A DNA stretch of 63,258 nt, filler included, from Bigelowiella natans CCMP2755 (taxonomy: Eukaryota; Protista; Cercozoa), in NCBI GenBank assembly GCA_000320545.1. It is 9 parts of 9 records of this genome, joined end to end, with 100 filler letters (N's around TTAATTAATTAA, not from the genome) between each part and the next. Parts side by side here need not be neighbours in the genome. Positions count along the whole stretch, not along the records: positions 61,376 to 63,258 come from ADNK01002790.1; 8 more parts are not named here. The stretch is one strand, 5' to 3'. Below the pieces are notes generated by a model. It ran no database searches. It was not told the DNA's origin and saw only the letters and a program-made list of their open reading frames with translations. The position numbers were made by a program, and so were the translations under genes. Positions 63,226-63,258 of the stretch are shown in pieces (the first letter of the stretch is position 1; the number at the start of each line of letters is the position of its first letter).

Positions 63226-63258
63226 AAAGGGAGTGAATATGGTAGCGGAAATGTGTCT

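Overview
The window is not contiguous. It is nine contigs joined by 100-nt N spacers that each carry a TTAATTAATTAA linker. Eight contigs come from an intron-rich, microsatellite-rich microbial eukaryote with TTAGGG repeats and GT-AG plus GC-AG introns. They carry an M17 leucyl aminopeptidase, a nucleoside hydrolase, COMMD9, a 2OG-Fe(II) oxygenase, LAS1, an amino-acid transporter, erlin, DRG1 and an Nma111/DegP7-like PDZ protease. One contig (42003-50027) is AT-rich, intronless and gene-dense, and is a fragment of a virophage or related Polinton-like virus. It encodes a virophage-type packaging ATPase, a 2-TM protein, a PD-(D/E)xK nuclease, a Pol-beta-fold nucleotidyltransferase and a 1058-aa fibre, and has a repeated TCTA late-promoter motif and a hairpin/inverted-repeat family. 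Two signals stand out. (1) The virophage nucleotidyltransferase/nuclease/2-TM module. (2) Kilobase-scale host tracts almost devoid of TpA and rich in TpG/CpA, in which TTAGGG-like repeats read TCAGGG/TTGGGG; this suggests a TpA-directed A-to-G hypermutation process, the mirror image of fungal RIP. Exon boundaries were read by eye and no database search was run.
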